A stretch of 63,468 nucleotides of DNA, filler included, from Chiloscyllium plagiosum (GCF_004010195.1; 4 parts of one record of this genome joined end to end with filler, not necessarily neighbours in it), one strand, 5' to 3'; shown: positions 26,382 through 40,864, counted from the first letter of the whole stretch. Notes: a model not told the origin generated them from the sequence alone. Program-made: numbers and translations.

Positions 26382-27804
26382 CTAGAAAATATAATGCAGA
26401 ATAACATAAAAACATAAATCTCCATTTTATATGGTACGTTTACCATCAAAAGTATCCCAAGGTAACACACAGAGGGAAGAAAATTCATGTTCAGAGATTG
26501 AGTGGAGGGAGTGGTTGAAAGCTTTATTGAAAGGTGTAACTTTTAAGAAGACTGAGCTGAATAAAGAGACAAAGGAATTGAAAGAGGAAATATTTGAAAA
26601 TGAGACCCATGCTACAGAAAGCATAGTTGCCTGTGATAGGAGGTGCACAAGACTCTGGGATTAAAGGACAGGGAATTAACTGGTTATTATAAGGTCAAAG
26701 CGATGATATTGTTGTGAAAGATAAGACTGTTGAGGAATTTAAACTCAAGAATGAGAATTTCAAATTTAAGCTTGGAAACTGGATGCAGTGCTGTTATGGA
26801 AGAATGGAAGTGATGGGCAAGCATTTTTGGTAATAGGGTATGGCTAAATGGTTAGATTTTAGTTTCAATTGAATATTTATTCACTGTGATAACTAACAAG
26901 ATCAAGTGAGTCATTTTGATTTTGAGATAAGGCTAAAGAAGACATTTTGTGTTCTGTATTAACCACAGCATTGATCAAGTTATTGTCTTACAGTATTAGT
27001 CATGCACAGATGATCATACAATAATTTAGATGCATTTGAGTAATAATTTAAAAATCAGTTAACATATTAGCAAGACAACATCTTCATATAAAGCTTGTTA
27101 TGTTCAAATATTTTAAGCCTGTATGTCTGTATGAAAAGTACGATTTCAAATAAACTGTTCTAATTAAAAAAAACTGAAAACAACAAATGCTGGAGACCAC
27201 AGGCATCATCCATGGTGAAAGCAAGCTAGCATTTCATGTCTAGACTCCTACACTATGTTCTAATAAAAAAGATTTCTTATATTCCTGAGAATTGTCCTCA
27301 GAGAAATAGATTGCAACCTTGCAGAGTTTGACTAAAGACACAGGAAATTGTTTAAGATCTGATAGAAAGACAGCTTCATTTCAAACATTTTAGAGAAACA
27401 ATTTTATTGCATCATGTCTGAAATACTGTAGCCAAATGGCTAATGTGACTAAGAGCCAATCAAATTAAGAACTAATCAAATTAAGCTAGCAACTGCAATA
27501 GCCAATTATTACTCCGAGTTCTGAAGAAGAGACATATTGTAACCGAAGCATTAACTCTGTTTTTCTCTCTCCACAGATGCTGCCAGACTTGCTAAGATTC
27601 TCCTGCATGTTCTGTTTCAATATGAATAAATGCATTCACTTGTGAAGTCATGCAGATGTCTACACATTTTCTGGCCTGGTGCTTATTTTATCTATTTTCT
27701 TCGCAACTAATAGGCCCTGAAATTCCATTGGGGTTATCCTGGTCTCTCAATGTTGCCCCTGTGGACCATAGACAGACCTTGCAGCAAGACAACAGAATCT
27801 CCAC

Positions 27805-28230
27805 TTAACCCAGTCATGCTGGGTTATACAGGACAGAAACTGTCTCCTCGGCCCAACTTGTCCATGCTGACCATACTCGTCTCTATCACTTCCTTTGACA
27901 GCTCATTCCATATATGCACCACCTTCTGTGTGAAAACATTGCTCCTCAGGGTTCTTGTAAATTTTTCCCCTCTCACCTTAAACCCATGCCCACTAGTTTT
28001 GAACTCCCCTATCCTGAGGAAAATACTTCGGCTATTCACCTTATCTTTGCCACTCATCATTTTACAAATTTCTATTAAGTCACCCCTCAGCCTCCTATGC
28101 TCCAGGAAAATAAGTCCCAACCTATCCAGCCTCTCCTTATAATTCAAACCCTTTAGTCTCAGTAACATTCTTAAAAATCTCTTTGCACTCTTCCCAATTT
28201 AATAACATCCTTCCTATAGCAGGGTGACCT
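27805..28230 (-). mobile_element. CR1 LINE 3' fragment
   Basis: ORF 27824..28168 RRLRGDLIE..FTQKVVHIWNEL. Confidence 0.8.
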
Positions 28231-30844
28231 TCAATAGAATATTTGGGGAGCCCATTGGAACGTCAGGATTTATGTCAGTTAATTAGGTGTCTTCCTTTAA
28301 AAATTCCCTGTGGATCCCTCCTGTGCTATTTCCTCTTCTTCCTTAGTTAGATGGAGAAGAGCCCTTAAGAAAAGCCATAATATGAATTACAACTGAAATT
28401 GGGATTCACATTTTCCATTCTAGCCAACAGCCAAATATTCTAATGTTACAACTATCCAGCCAGTCAACAATCAAAACTGCAGTTTTAAGCCAAACATGAA
28501 GGAGGTTGAGAATACATCAAAAACTGGAATACATGCTGCCTTGGAGTGCAAGGCTCCTCCAACATCACCTTCCAAACCTAAAACCTCTCGAAGGATGAGG
28601 CAGAAGATATAAAAGAACACCACTACCTGTCAGTTCTAAGGCACATCTCCAAGTCACACAGTATCCTGATTTGAGCTCTATCAACCTTCCTTCACCATCA
28701 AAATCCTGGAATTTCCTCTGAACAGCCATGTGGATATGCTTACACTACATGGACAGCAGTTCCAGAAAGTGAATCACTATCAGCTTCTCAAGGCAAGGAT
28801 GGACAATTAATGCTGGCATTTCCAGTTAAACATACCATGGAAGCAACTAAAAAGTAAGCCTCCAGTTCTTCACTTTATATCATACATGTGTTCCAATGCG
28901 ATAAGCCATCAATGGTGATTATGTTCTTGTGGTCACTTACTGTTATATCATTGTAGAAAATGACAAAAAGAACAAGCCATCAAGGAAACTGAGCAAGGGA
29001 CTTTTTGGTAAGGCATCAGTTTCCTGCTTGAAAGTAAGACTACTGCTGAAGAAATTGAAAAACAATTTGCTGAGCTAAAATCAGGCCTTAAAAGCTTGTT
29101 GGATCTCTCTGTTCCAAATTGCAATCTAACATAAGGAACACAATTAACCATGCTACTTTCAAAACACTCCACAGTTGCAATAAAAACAAAGTGACATGTA
29201 CAGAATATACACAGTGAAGCCGTAGTGTGGCCTTCACCACTGAAAGATGGACAACAAAAGGTTCACCTGTCTGAAATGGCTGAAAGGAAGTTTGCCTAGT
29301 CCTTTGTTCCAAACACAGCTGAGAAAATATTTTTCTAATCTCGTCAGTCAAAGCTAACATTGCAGACAAAGTTTATGCACAGTTAAAGCTTGTGAACTCA
29401 ACCACTTCCTGGTTTGGCAAGCCATGCAAGTCATCTTTCAGTCTTTACTACAGTTTTAAATTAAGTCAGGTGCATTTCTGGAGTAAGTGACTGAATCATT
29501 AGGACAGCAGCTTCCTTGCCCTTGTTATAATGGGCATTTACATACTTTGGAGGCCAACAAATGATTCAACTGGAATTTTAGACAGGGTAAAACATTGACA
29601 TCTCAGATTTATATCTCAAATTCTAGACAACTATACCAGGACTACACTCATTTTACATCAATAAAAAAAGAAAGCTAGGCTCATAGACAGCTTGCTGATG
29701 CACAGATCCGTGAACATTATTTGTTTTTCAGTATCTGATCAGACAGGTCATGAAGTGTCATTGCCACATTATGCTCCACCAGCCTTGTATCTTCCTGCAA
29801 TGGTGGTTGAATAGAAATCAGGGTCAGGAATCATCATTAGTCTGTGCTGGTATTCATAATGGTACTATGGTCAGCTAATTAACCCAGGCAGTGTATCCTC
29901 ACTGTGGCCTTCATTTTGAATTATCTCAGGCTCCAAAAATGTTGTTAAGAAAATATATTTCTAACTGCACATACCAAATATATGGAACCAATTAGCACAG
30001 TTGGCAACAGTGAGATGCAGAATATTCTAACAGCACAGATTCAATACTTGTACAGGGTGAAGTAGTTCTTGGCTGACTACACGTCATGCCTTATTCTGGT
30101 AATATGACATATGATATTTAAGGTAGCCCTTGGTCTACACTATAGGGACACCATGATTCTTTAAGTCATTAGACTTGCATTTGATTCTAGACAGTAGAGT
30201 TCATTCTGAGTGCTTCTTTGCAATACGAATCATTCCACATAATGGAATTATTTACATACCTTAAGTATATGTTTCTGTTTTCTGATGTTATTTTACAACA
30301 TTATATTCAAATAATTTCAGCAAAACTGAAATAGACTGACACGTTGTAATGCTCCTCCTTTGACACATATTTTGGAACAACTCTAATATCAACCACTTTC
30401 TTCGTTGATCATATCAGAACAATTATGTTGAGAAAATTAAATGTTAATAGCTTTGAAGCTGTACAATGGTAGTCAGTTATTAATTTGTGTAAAAGTTGAT
30501 GTCCGTGTTCAAGCTCCTCAGTAGTATTATTGTTGCATTCCCTTCAATCTTTTCAAATGATATCCAATCATTGAGTCTGGCATTGCTCACTGTCCTTGTC
30601 ATTACAATTAACAGATTTTGTTCACTTTCTCATGTATGTTTAGATTTCCAGAAAGAAAATTAACAAATTCCAGAGAAAGAATAATCCAGTAATTTTCTAC
30701 TTTCAAGTGTGTCTTAAAATTGATGTGAGGCTTGTGATTGGAAAATCCAATCATAAAATTACATGGTTCCTAAAGCAGGAACTTTTTTTTATACATGGGC
30801 CAAGTGAAAATGTTTGTAAAGCCCAGAAATATAATAATACTTAC

Positions 30845-30964
30845 AGTAATCGTCCTTCAGACCTGGAGCATCTAAGATTTTCATTGGGAAGAAAGACGTA
30901 CATCTTTTTCTTTTTGTACCATCACATTTACCCCAAAAAGTGTCACCGAGATTGTTCTTGTAAA
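30845..30964 (-). CDS. CDC20B: CDC20B exon (YKNNLGDTFWGKCDGTKRKRCTSFFPMKILDAPGLKDDY-Y)
   Basis: ILDAPGLKDDYY motif of CDC20/FZR1; GTAAGT donor at phase 1 joins the next exon to complete TAT; ttttag acceptor gives 120 nt phase 1 to 1. Confidence 0.88.
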
Positions 30965-32225
30965 CTAAAACAAAGAACAAGAATTTCAGTATTATTTATA
31001 GCACCAGTAATTATTTTAGTTTGGAATCAAAATCTAGACATAAATTTTAGCCAATAATTGGTAAATAAATGCATCACATCACAACCAGTCCTGGGAGTCA
31101 TGGTAAGTCTCTTGGCGATCAGTTAAGGGTCTGGTCAGTTATCATTCAGGGCTGGGGGAGCCGTTCTGGGCACTGGAGGACCATGCTAGGATGCAAAGGG
31201 GATAACAATCGTGAAGGAGTGAAACTCGATATAAAGGGGAAGGGGAGACAAAAGTGCACTGGAGGACATAGGTTACTGCGGAAGTTGGGTCATCAATGGT
31301 CATAGCCTTCCTGACCTTTACAGGGAGGGAGTGCAACATCATTGTTGACAAAGTACACCAAAGAGTTGGGATTTGGGGTAACATCAGGAGACGAAAGTAT
31401 AAATCAATGCGTGTTTAAGCTCAGCTGGGCTTGACAGGGAATCCTAGCATGCTGTGTTCTGCCCAACTGGAGCAGGCAAACAGGGGATGTGATGGACACT
31501 GAAGAACTGAGAGAGTGGCAGCAGTTTTCCAAGGAGGAAGAAGAGAATATTGAACAGGACATCACCCTCATCATGAAAGAGCACAGGACTGTTGGGTACA
31601 ACAAGTCAGACAGGACTTATTTGACACCCAGTTCCACGTACATGCACTGGCTGCAGTGATTCTTCACTGGCCGTGAATTTTTTGCTGCTCAAAAGACAAT
31701 GGTCCCTCTCCGTTCCCAGAGACAAATGCAGCTTCTATTTGTTTGTTTCTTTTTCTTCAATTTTACTATTACTGAATAAAAAATGAAGATTTTAAAATGT
31801 TTGAAGACATTCTAATATGTAATGGTCCTATACTGTTGTAGGTTGTATTTAAAACATTCAGTATCTCACACTCAAAGGTCTCTTCTTTCTCCCCCTGCAG
31901 GTAGCAGGGGGGTCGGCATGAGTAGAATGTCAGTCTGCCTGTTCACTGATGATAGAAGCCTCCAAGCTGATTAGTACCGATATGGCTATTGCATGGGCTG
32001 TATTACTTCCACGGAATGCTTTGTTCTACTCTCCTGGTTCTGCCTAACATGGGATCTCAGCACTACCTGGTCCACTGTTGATGCAGCTCTCTCGATAAAG
32101 ACTGTTCCTTCTCTGAATGAGCTTCATCATTGTATTTACTTTAACCAAAAGTAACTATTGGCCATTTCTGATGGAAGTTTTGTAGACTCTTTATTAATAT
32201 TCGTTTATACAGTACACCATTTACA

Positions 32226-34529
32226 AAGTTAAAAATCATACAACACCAGGTTATAGTCCAACAGGTTTAATTGGAAGCACTAGCTTTCGGAGCGTCGCTC
32301 CTTCATCTGGTGGTTGTGGAGGACACAATTGTAAGACACAAAATTTTATAGCAAAAGTTTACAGTGTGATGTAACTGAAATTATACATTGAAAAATACCT
32401 TGATTGTTTGTTGAGTCTTTCATCTGTTAGAATACCATGATAGTTTCACTTATTTCATATATAAATCACAAAACTTTTTTATAAAAATTTACATTCTCAG
32501 GTTAACTGTAACAATTGGTGTCAGCCAGATAATATGTTGAAAGTGTTAGCCCCCTGTGTTCCCTGTCTGTGCCATAATGTTTAGACCGATTCTAATCTAA
32601 AAAGTGAGTTAACAGAATTCATGCAGTTTTTGAGCAAAGTATAATGTAACTCTGCAAGTAGAAATTCACCCCACAAACATATATGTATATGTGTGCATAT
32701 GGGTTTGTGTGTGTGTGTCTGTCTGGGGTGGGGGGTTGAGAGTGTGAGAGAGAGTGTATATGTCTGTGTATGTGAGTGTAGAGTGTCTAAGTCTGTGAGA
32801 GGGTGCATGTGTGTGTGTGGGAGTGTGTGTCTGGAGTGGGGAGTTGTGAGTATCTGTGAAAGAGAGTGTGTGTGTGTGTGAGTGTAAAGTGGTCTAAGTC
32901 TGTGACAGTATGCATGTGTGAGTGTGGGAGTGTGTGTCTGTAGGAGTGTGTGTGAGTGTCTGTGTACGTGCCTGTGTATACGTGTGTCTGTGTATATGTG
33001 TGTGTATAGGAGTGCCTGTGTGTGTGTGCGTGTGTGTGTACAGAAGTGTCTGTGTGTGTGTGTATAGTGCAATGGTGGTCACCTGGAGTGTGACATGAAC
33101 ACAAGGTCCTGGTTGAGGCTCTCCCTATGGGTACCGAACTTAGCTATCAGCCTCTGCTCGGCCCAATTTCGCTGCTGCCTGTCCCGAAGTCCACCTTGGA
33201 GGATGGTCACCCGAAGGTCTGAGGTCGAATGTCCTGGACTGCTGGAGTGTTCCCCAACTGGGAGGGAACACTCCTCTCTGTTGATTGTTGTGCAGTGCCC
33301 ATTCATCTGTTGCCGTAGCCTTTGCTCGGTTTCCCCAATGTACCATGCCTCAGGGCATCCTTGCCTGCAGTGTATAAAATAAACAACGTTGGCTGAGTCA
33401 CATGAGTACCTGCCACATACATGGTGGGAGGTGTCACCACGTGTAATGGTGGTATCTATATCCACACTCTGACACATCTTGCAGTGCCTAACGTGACAGG
33501 GTTATATGGAGTTGTCCTGAGAGCCGGGCCGGTACATTGGGGAAACCAAGCAAAGGCTACGGCAACGGATGAATGGGCATCACACAACAATCAACAGACA
33601 GGAGTGTTCCCTCTCAGTTGGGGAACACTTCAGCGGTCCAGTACATTCAACCTTGGACCTTCGGATGACCATCCTCCAGGCGACTTCAGGACAGGCAGCA
33701 GCAAAAAGTGGCCGAGCAGAGGCTGATAGCTAAGTTCTGTATCCATAGGGACGACCTCAACTGGGTTCTTGGGTTCATGTCACATTACAGGCGATCACCA
33801 TTGCACTATACACACACACTCCAACACACACACACACAGGCACTCCTATACACACACATTCACACAGACACACGTATACACAGACACTCACACACACTCC
33901 TACAGACACGCACACTCCCACATGCATCCCCTCACAGACTTAGACCACTTTACACTCACACACACCTTCTCTCTCACAGACACTCACAACCACGCACACA
34001 GACACACACAAACCCACATGCACACATACGTTTGTGGGGTGAATTTGTACTTGCAGAGTTACATTGTACTTTCCTCAAAAACTGCATGAATCCATGTACA
34101 ACTCTGTTAACTCGCTTTTTACATTAGATTCAGTCTAAACATTATGGCACAGACAGGGAACACAGAGGGCTAACACCTTCAACATATTATCTGGCTGACA
34201 CCAATTGTTACAGTTAACCTGAGAATGTAACTTTTTAAAAAACGTTTTGTGATTTACATATGAAAGAAGTGAAACTTAACGTGGTCATTCTAACAGATGA
34301 AAGACTCAACAAACAATCAAGGTATTTTTCAATGTATAATTTCAGTTACATCACACTGTAAATTTTTGCTATAAATTCTGTGCCTTACAATTGTGTCCCC
34401 CACAACCACCTGATGAAGGAGCGGCGCTCCAAAAGCTAGTGCTTCCAATTCAACCTGTTGGACTATAACCTGGTGTTGTGTGATTTTTAACTTTGTACAC
34501 CGCAGTCCAACACCGGTATCTCCAAATCA
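32226..34529. mobile_element. 2.3 kb fold-back Penelope-like element (family C): two inverted copies of the GIY-YIG endonuclease end, CA-rich tract and pLTR
   Basis: ORF 33079..33477 (-) CDSANVVYFIHC..WYIGET.QRLRQ.MNGH..LPVGEH..AEQRLI (GIY-YIG); mirrored on + from about 33530; TSD agta(c/t)accatttaca (32211-32225 / 34530-34544); hammerhead-like motifs at about 32278-32313 (-) and 34407-34441 (+). Confidence 0.85.
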
Positions 34530-37500
34530 AGTATACCATTTACAGCTTTCTAGTACACTTCTTCCAACTCTTTCTTCTCAGTGTGTAGATAACCAGGCCC
34601 GTGGCTGAGCACTTAACGAGAAGGATTTACCATTGAATTTGATTTCTTTATTTTTTTTGCCTTGATATTCTATGTTTTGTTTTTTTGTGTGTTTTAAGAT
34701 GGTGCCAGAGAGTGGCAACACTATACAGTACAACACTTTTCAGTGTATTTTTGTCATGAAATACATGTAACAATAGAAAAGTCAAATCAAATCAAATCAA
34801 ATAATTTGTGACTCTTGATGTCAGACTTACAATATCATGTGCATCATCACCATTAATATGTTTCCAGCACATTCAACCTGGTGACAATAAATATCACACA
34901 ATATTCAGCACTCCCTCATTTTGGCCTGATGTTAGCAGTCATCAAACTATGATATTGTCACAATGATACTTCAGTTCTCTCTCACTTTGTTAGTTCAAAT
35001 ACATTCATTTCATTTTCCACAAGTTCTTCAACCAACCTAGAAGTAGTGGCACAAGAATTACTGCAGAGAATGTGACTCATTCTGAGGCTGCACCCTTACA
35101 AAAACTATGCATACCATTCACTAGCTTAGATACAAATTCCCAGATATTAGAAATGTCTCTCTTACTGAATGTGTGCTCTTACTGATCAGAATTGCCTGAG
35201 TCGTTAACAATCCTCCACACCCCAGTCTCCCTGACTTAAACAGGATTGATGAAAATACAGTTTGGGCCATTCAGTGCCTCACCGTGCAGTAAAATGTCCA
35301 CAAGCTCAATGTTAGGAGAGAATTGTGGGCCGGGGAGACAAAAAAAGTGAACATGGAAGTGGGGGGCTATACTGAAGATGCTTCTAGTTCTGCCCCTTGT
35401 CTCTATTGGTGCCCCCCATCTTAAGGCAATCACATAACACTTTGAATAACCAGACTGCCATTGTGGAAGGTTGGGGAGGGGGGTGGGGGGGGTTTGCTCC
35501 TCGACGGGGACCCTGTTGTCTTTTCTGCAGCCAGATAGTAGGAAAGGCATCAAAGCCTGCCTCGAATAATTACCTCGCCAACCCAAACCCTGGGATGCTG
35601 AGAGGCCATTGCCATACAGCTGACTTATTCCTGGTGTTGCAGAGGGATGCCAGACATCTGGAAAATACCCATCAGCCTCTGATATCTTGCCTTATTTGAT
35701 TATAAATGTTCCTCAGTTAGGTCTCAGTCATTTACAGAAAAAAAGCCCAGGGCAGTGAAGTGCCAGCCAGTGCATGTCCTGCAGACAACCATTCTGTCTG
35801 GGGTCATCATTGTCCTATGTGTGCTGTCAATCAAGGTGTCTTCAGATTATCCTTCTCAATCAGATGGGATTCCACTTCACAAAACCAGTAGAAGGTTTTT
35901 TTTCACATGTATCTGGTCAAAGTCTCATGGTAGTTGCCATGAGTTTATTTATTTATTGTCACATGTATCTTGTTATAGAATACAGTGAAAAGTGTTGTAA
36001 AGTGCTCCCACTCTCTGGCACTGCCTTAAAAGATAGGAAAAGAAACAAAATATAGAATATAAAGGCAGAAAAATGAAGAAATAAAGAAAAAATTATTCAA
36101 TCTGGCAACAAGACCTATGGTCTTTGTATGTCCAAATAGAGTCAGCCAATCACGCCTTGGAGACAAGGGTTATCTTCTGAGCATGTGACTAACGGACTTT
36201 GAAAAAGCCTTTGTGTAGCTGAAAATGAAATTTAGATGCCTGGACAAGTCTGGAAGATTATTTCAGTATGCACCACTAAGTGTACTGAGAATGGTAATGG
36301 TTTGATGTACTTTGTGTAATGCAGAGAGGACTGAAGCTGTAGGAGATGAGTGCACTGACTGCTCTGCATCTGCCCTCATGGAGGATGAAGAGCACTATGT
36401 AACCAGGGTACCTGCAGCCACTTGTCGTTATCAGGCATGCTTCAGAGAACCTGACTGCGTGAACCTCCACAGTACAACAACGTTAAACCCAAGGCCCCTG
36501 CAACCCAAATCATTCTCAGACTCAAATAACCCTCCATCACATTCATATCCTCTGCCTGGCTTCCACTTTGCTTATTCATTGTTCCTGAGGTGAATCGATT
36601 ACGATCATGCCATTCCACCTTGATTTCTCAATTCATGTAAACTCAAGTACTGCATGGTTAAGATTAAGGTTTTTTAAATTTTAAGTAACTTCTAAGAATT
36701 TCTGAAATCTCCGAATGTTAACTCCATCATTTTCTTAGCCTTTGCTTGGATACATTTACATCTCAATAGGTTATTTCTTCAAACAGTTAAGCACTCAGAG
36801 AATATTGAATTTAAAATGGTACTTCCTAATCACTAAAGTTTAACTTTCTGGTAAAGTCTACACATAGTAATGACTGAAATCTTATGTGCAATTCTAAAAA
36901 TAATTTGTTCAATGTGGGAAGATACAAACAATGAGGTTTGTAGTCTTGTGGTCAATAGAGCCACTTTGTCTCAGGAAGTAGCTCGAGCAAATAAAAATCC
37001 ACAAGAATTGAAATGAACCATATCACACAAGCTCTTTACAGACTGCAAGGGGAAAGAATGCACCTTGACCAATAGTCTTAAAGATCATGCAAAAGATTGT
37101 ACAGTGGTTATCTTCATGCTGTTGCTACTTTTTCCATTCTACTGTGCACCACTTCCCCCCCAACCTGACTCCCAAGCATCAATTATCATCAAAAACAGTA
37201 TGAACTAATATAGAAAATTAATATTTCAGAAACAAAGAATACAACAGATTAAAAGCCAGATTACAACATAATACTGAAAAACAATACTGAACAATTATTA
37301 AATGTACTTTCCAGAACAAATGAATCAATTTCTGCAATAAGGACATCTATGCTAAAGGAGCAGCTTTCATCTGTGGCTCAAGTAGCAACAGTGCTAGTGC
37401 AGAGGGTAATTACGCCAACAGGAGAGGATTAAAACACGGCAGAAGATCAAAAGTGTGGAAAAAGGCCATTTGGCTCATCGAATGTACACCGACCCTCTGA

Positions 37501-38344
37501 AGGGCATCCCACCCAGACCCAGCACCCTACTCTATTCCCATAATCCCACAATTCTCATGGCCAACCCAACCAGCCTACACATCCCTGATCACCACAGACA
37601 ATTCATCAATGCCAACCCACCTAGCCTGTACATCTTTAGACTGTGGGAGAAGACCTGCATCCAGAGAACACAGGGAGAACGTGCAAACTCCACACAGACA
37701 GTCATCCAAGACTGGAATCAAACCCAGGTCCCTGGCACTGTGAGGCAACAGTGCTAACCACTGAGCCACTGCGCAGCAGTCAAGGTAGAGTTGGCAAGAA
37801 AGAATGTTTAAAAAGCTGTGGAATAAATGCTGTAGTTTTATCTAAAAACATTGTCTAAAGAGAAAGGAAAAGAAAGGCTGTGAGGTGGTGAAAGATAAAC
37901 ACATCAGTGGGAAAGGGAAGGGATACTTCAAAAATGTAGGATAAAACTAGGAAAAACTGAAATTAAGAAGTGCCAAAACAGAATGCAAAAATCATCTAGC
38001 AGATCATAGAAAAAGAAATTTAAAAAAACCAAAACCTGCACTTTCACAACACATTTCATGATATTGCAAAGCACTTTACAAACTACTGAAATGTAGGCAT
38101 GCTTGTAATGCAGAAAATGTATACAAAGCAATGAACCACTACCTGCAGACTTTTGTAAGCGTATAAAAATAATAGGTTAATTAAATAGATGTAGGGTAAT
38201 TCAAGTTAAAAGGAAGTAATCTAACTGAACACAAAAGGCATGACAAAGATAATAAATAGTTAAATAATATTGCATATCTTTTACAAATATTGGTAGAAAT
38301 GTACATAACAGTCTACAAATGAAGAAATCGAAATGAACATTGAA

Positions 38345-38700
38345 GATAGTAATGTTGTAGTAATGTCACTGGACTAGTAATCCAGAACCCAGGATAATGT
38401 CCTGTGGACATAGATTCAAAGCCCACATAGCAGCTATGGAATTTGAACTGAATTAATGTTTTGGAATTCTATAAAGCTGGTCTCATCAATGGAGACTACA
38501 ACAACGGTTATCAGTTGTTGTAAAAACTGATGTGGTTCACTAACATGCCTTAAGAAAGATAATCTGTTGGTCTAAGTGTGACTCCAGATCCACAACAATG
38601 TGATTGAATCTGAGCTGTCCAGGAAATAGCTTGGCAAGACGGTGGGTAGGCCAACAATTGCTGGCTTTGTCAGTGACATATACATCCCACCAAATAATTT
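38345..38700 (+). mobile_element. Old Deu-type SINE (SacSINE1-like)
   Basis: tRNA-like head, tggttcactaa..gtgactccagatccaca core, 3' tail similar to the L2-like LINE at 46540. Confidence 0.55.
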
Positions 38701-39764
38701 CTTTAAAAATTAACTGTATTAAAGGTTTTGGTTCTGAAAAAAATAGCAGAACTCAGGATAGTTCAATTAGCAGGCACTGATGGAACTAGTCTGTTGAAAG
38801 AACTCAGATGCACTATCGGTGATATCAGTCACAATTCTACATTCTTTCTTAAATATGGGAATTATACCACGAAAACAGAATAATTGATGAAGCATCATTA
38901 TTCAAAGATATACTACAACAATACAGATAAATTAACTTAATACACTTTTGCTTAATTCTTAGAATTTATTATTCAAGATCAAATTGGCAAGCATTTAAGG
39001 TTTGTATGGGTTAGTTGAAGAAGTGATGAATTGGATGACTGAAGGTTATATGGTCAATACAGTGTGGATTTTCAAAAGGTATTCAATGAAATGTCTCACA
39101 AGAGGCCTGTTACAAAGATTCAGGTCTGTGGTATTAGTATCATAACTCGATGGTTAGAATGTTGGTTCACAGAGAAAAAACAGAGGAGAAAAAAATATTA
39201 TTTGCATAGCAGTTGGTGTAGATTCTTCCAGTAGAGGCAGTGCCACAAACTGCTATCTATGCTTTGAACTGATGTTATGCAAATGAATTTCTTTCGACAA
39301 AAAAACTTAAGATAAATCAACAACGTTCAGTATGGGATAGCAATATGTTTGACTTCTAACTGTTCTCTTAAGTGACCAACAAGCTACTCTGTGGTATTCA
39401 AGAGTTAGGGGTGAACAATAAATGATTGCCCTATCAGTAGTGCCAACAAAACAGGAGGCCTAGGTTCAAATATAGGCAAATGCAGTCAGAACAGTGGATT
39501 TTTTTTTAAAGAACATTAGTGAAGCTGATGTATTTTTTACAACAATCCAGTAGTTGCATAACCACGATTGACAATACTGGCTTTCATTACATATTTATTT
39601 AATTGAATTTAAGTTCCTAAGCTGTTATGATGGAGGTCAGAACTCATGACTCTGAATCCCTTTATCAAGTGCATTGATTTTAAACAAACAAGGATTTTTC
39701 ATAATTTTAGAGTGAAAATTCAGTCTGTCTGAAAAAAAAATGCACTGTCATAGCATCAGTTTAC

Positions 39765-39846
39765 CTTGACAGGTTTTGTTAGAGTTTCCATTGATGGTCA
39801 CAATTCTGGTCTCGTTCAAACTGGAAGGCATTGCATCCTGCAGTCT
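39765..39846 (-). CDS. CDC20B: Probable CDC20B exon (RLQDAMPSSLNETRIVTINGNSNKTCQ-V)
   Basis: ttttcaatag acceptor and GTAAAC donor; phase-1 end joins the 30964 exon in frame; lines up by position with CDC20 EAKILRLSGKPQNAPE-G/YQNRL. Confidence 0.65.
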
Positions 39847-40864
39847 CTATTGAAAAGTATAAGATGATGAACACTAGTTTTAGTAATCCAAAGAATAAAT
39901 AAAAGAGATCTGACGGAATCTGTGGAAAGAGAAGAAAGTTAATGGGTTAAATTTATAAATGGCTGGAGAAGCATTCGGAGAGGCATCAGGCACCTGACTC
40001 CTTCCCACTGTGATGGACCACTGGCTTGTTCCTGCCTCTGGGCCATTTTTGAAGGACTGTTTTGGAAAGAACAGCCAATTCGGCATCCTAAAGGGCCAAG
40101 TTAGAACCATTCTGCTAATACTGACTGGAGTTTTCACACACATTTCCAAATTAGGCCAAATCCCTGAGGCAGAGGGATGGAGGCAGCCTCATGGCAGTCA
40201 AATAGAGGGCCAAATCACAATCATAATAGTCATGTCCCCTTGCAACCACAGTCTCATACATCTGCAGCTATAGCCACAAGCAAGGCTGTGGATTGACTGC
40301 CCCTCCATGACAATTGGCTCAGTTTAAGGATTTTAACAGAGGTATACCTTCATGCAGAGTTGCCTGTCCTTTCACTTATTGACACCACAAATCCTACGTC
40401 TGATGCTGGGACTGCTGATATGTCTGTGCTAGAGGGGCCTGTAGCCTATTTGTCCGTAATTTGACTAGATCCTGGATCTAATAATAGGCCATTTCCTCAA
40501 AAATCCTTTCCAGGCTCCGAACACTGAGTACTTCTATTTTCCTGAAGTGGAATTCAGCCTGACGGCTAAACAGTTTCTCTCAATCTACACTGTCTAACTC
40601 CCTCAGCATATTGAAAACTTAATCAAATCACCCCTTTTGCCTTCTAAATTCCAGGAAAAACAGCTTTAGTTTATTTAACCCTTCTTTGTCATTTAAACCC
40701 TTTAAATTCAGACACCAATCTGCACTACACTCCGCTGCATTCCTTCCAAGGTCAATATATTCATCATAAAGTTTGGTGCCAGGAACTGCCCAGTGTAAGT
40801 GTGTTTAACCAGGCTTTGCATAACTATTGTAGCATGTAGTTCCACACTCTTGCATTCTAGTTCT

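Noticed and set aside
29886..29896. AGGCAGTGTAT, matching the 5' end of miR-449b
   Set aside because: Wrong strand and wrong intron relative to CDC20B, the 3' half does not match, and no pre-miRNA-sized hairpin is apparent
32581..33104. His/Thr-rich ORFs (also 33708-34127)
   Set aside because: Translations of CA-rich low-complexity tracts inside the PLE
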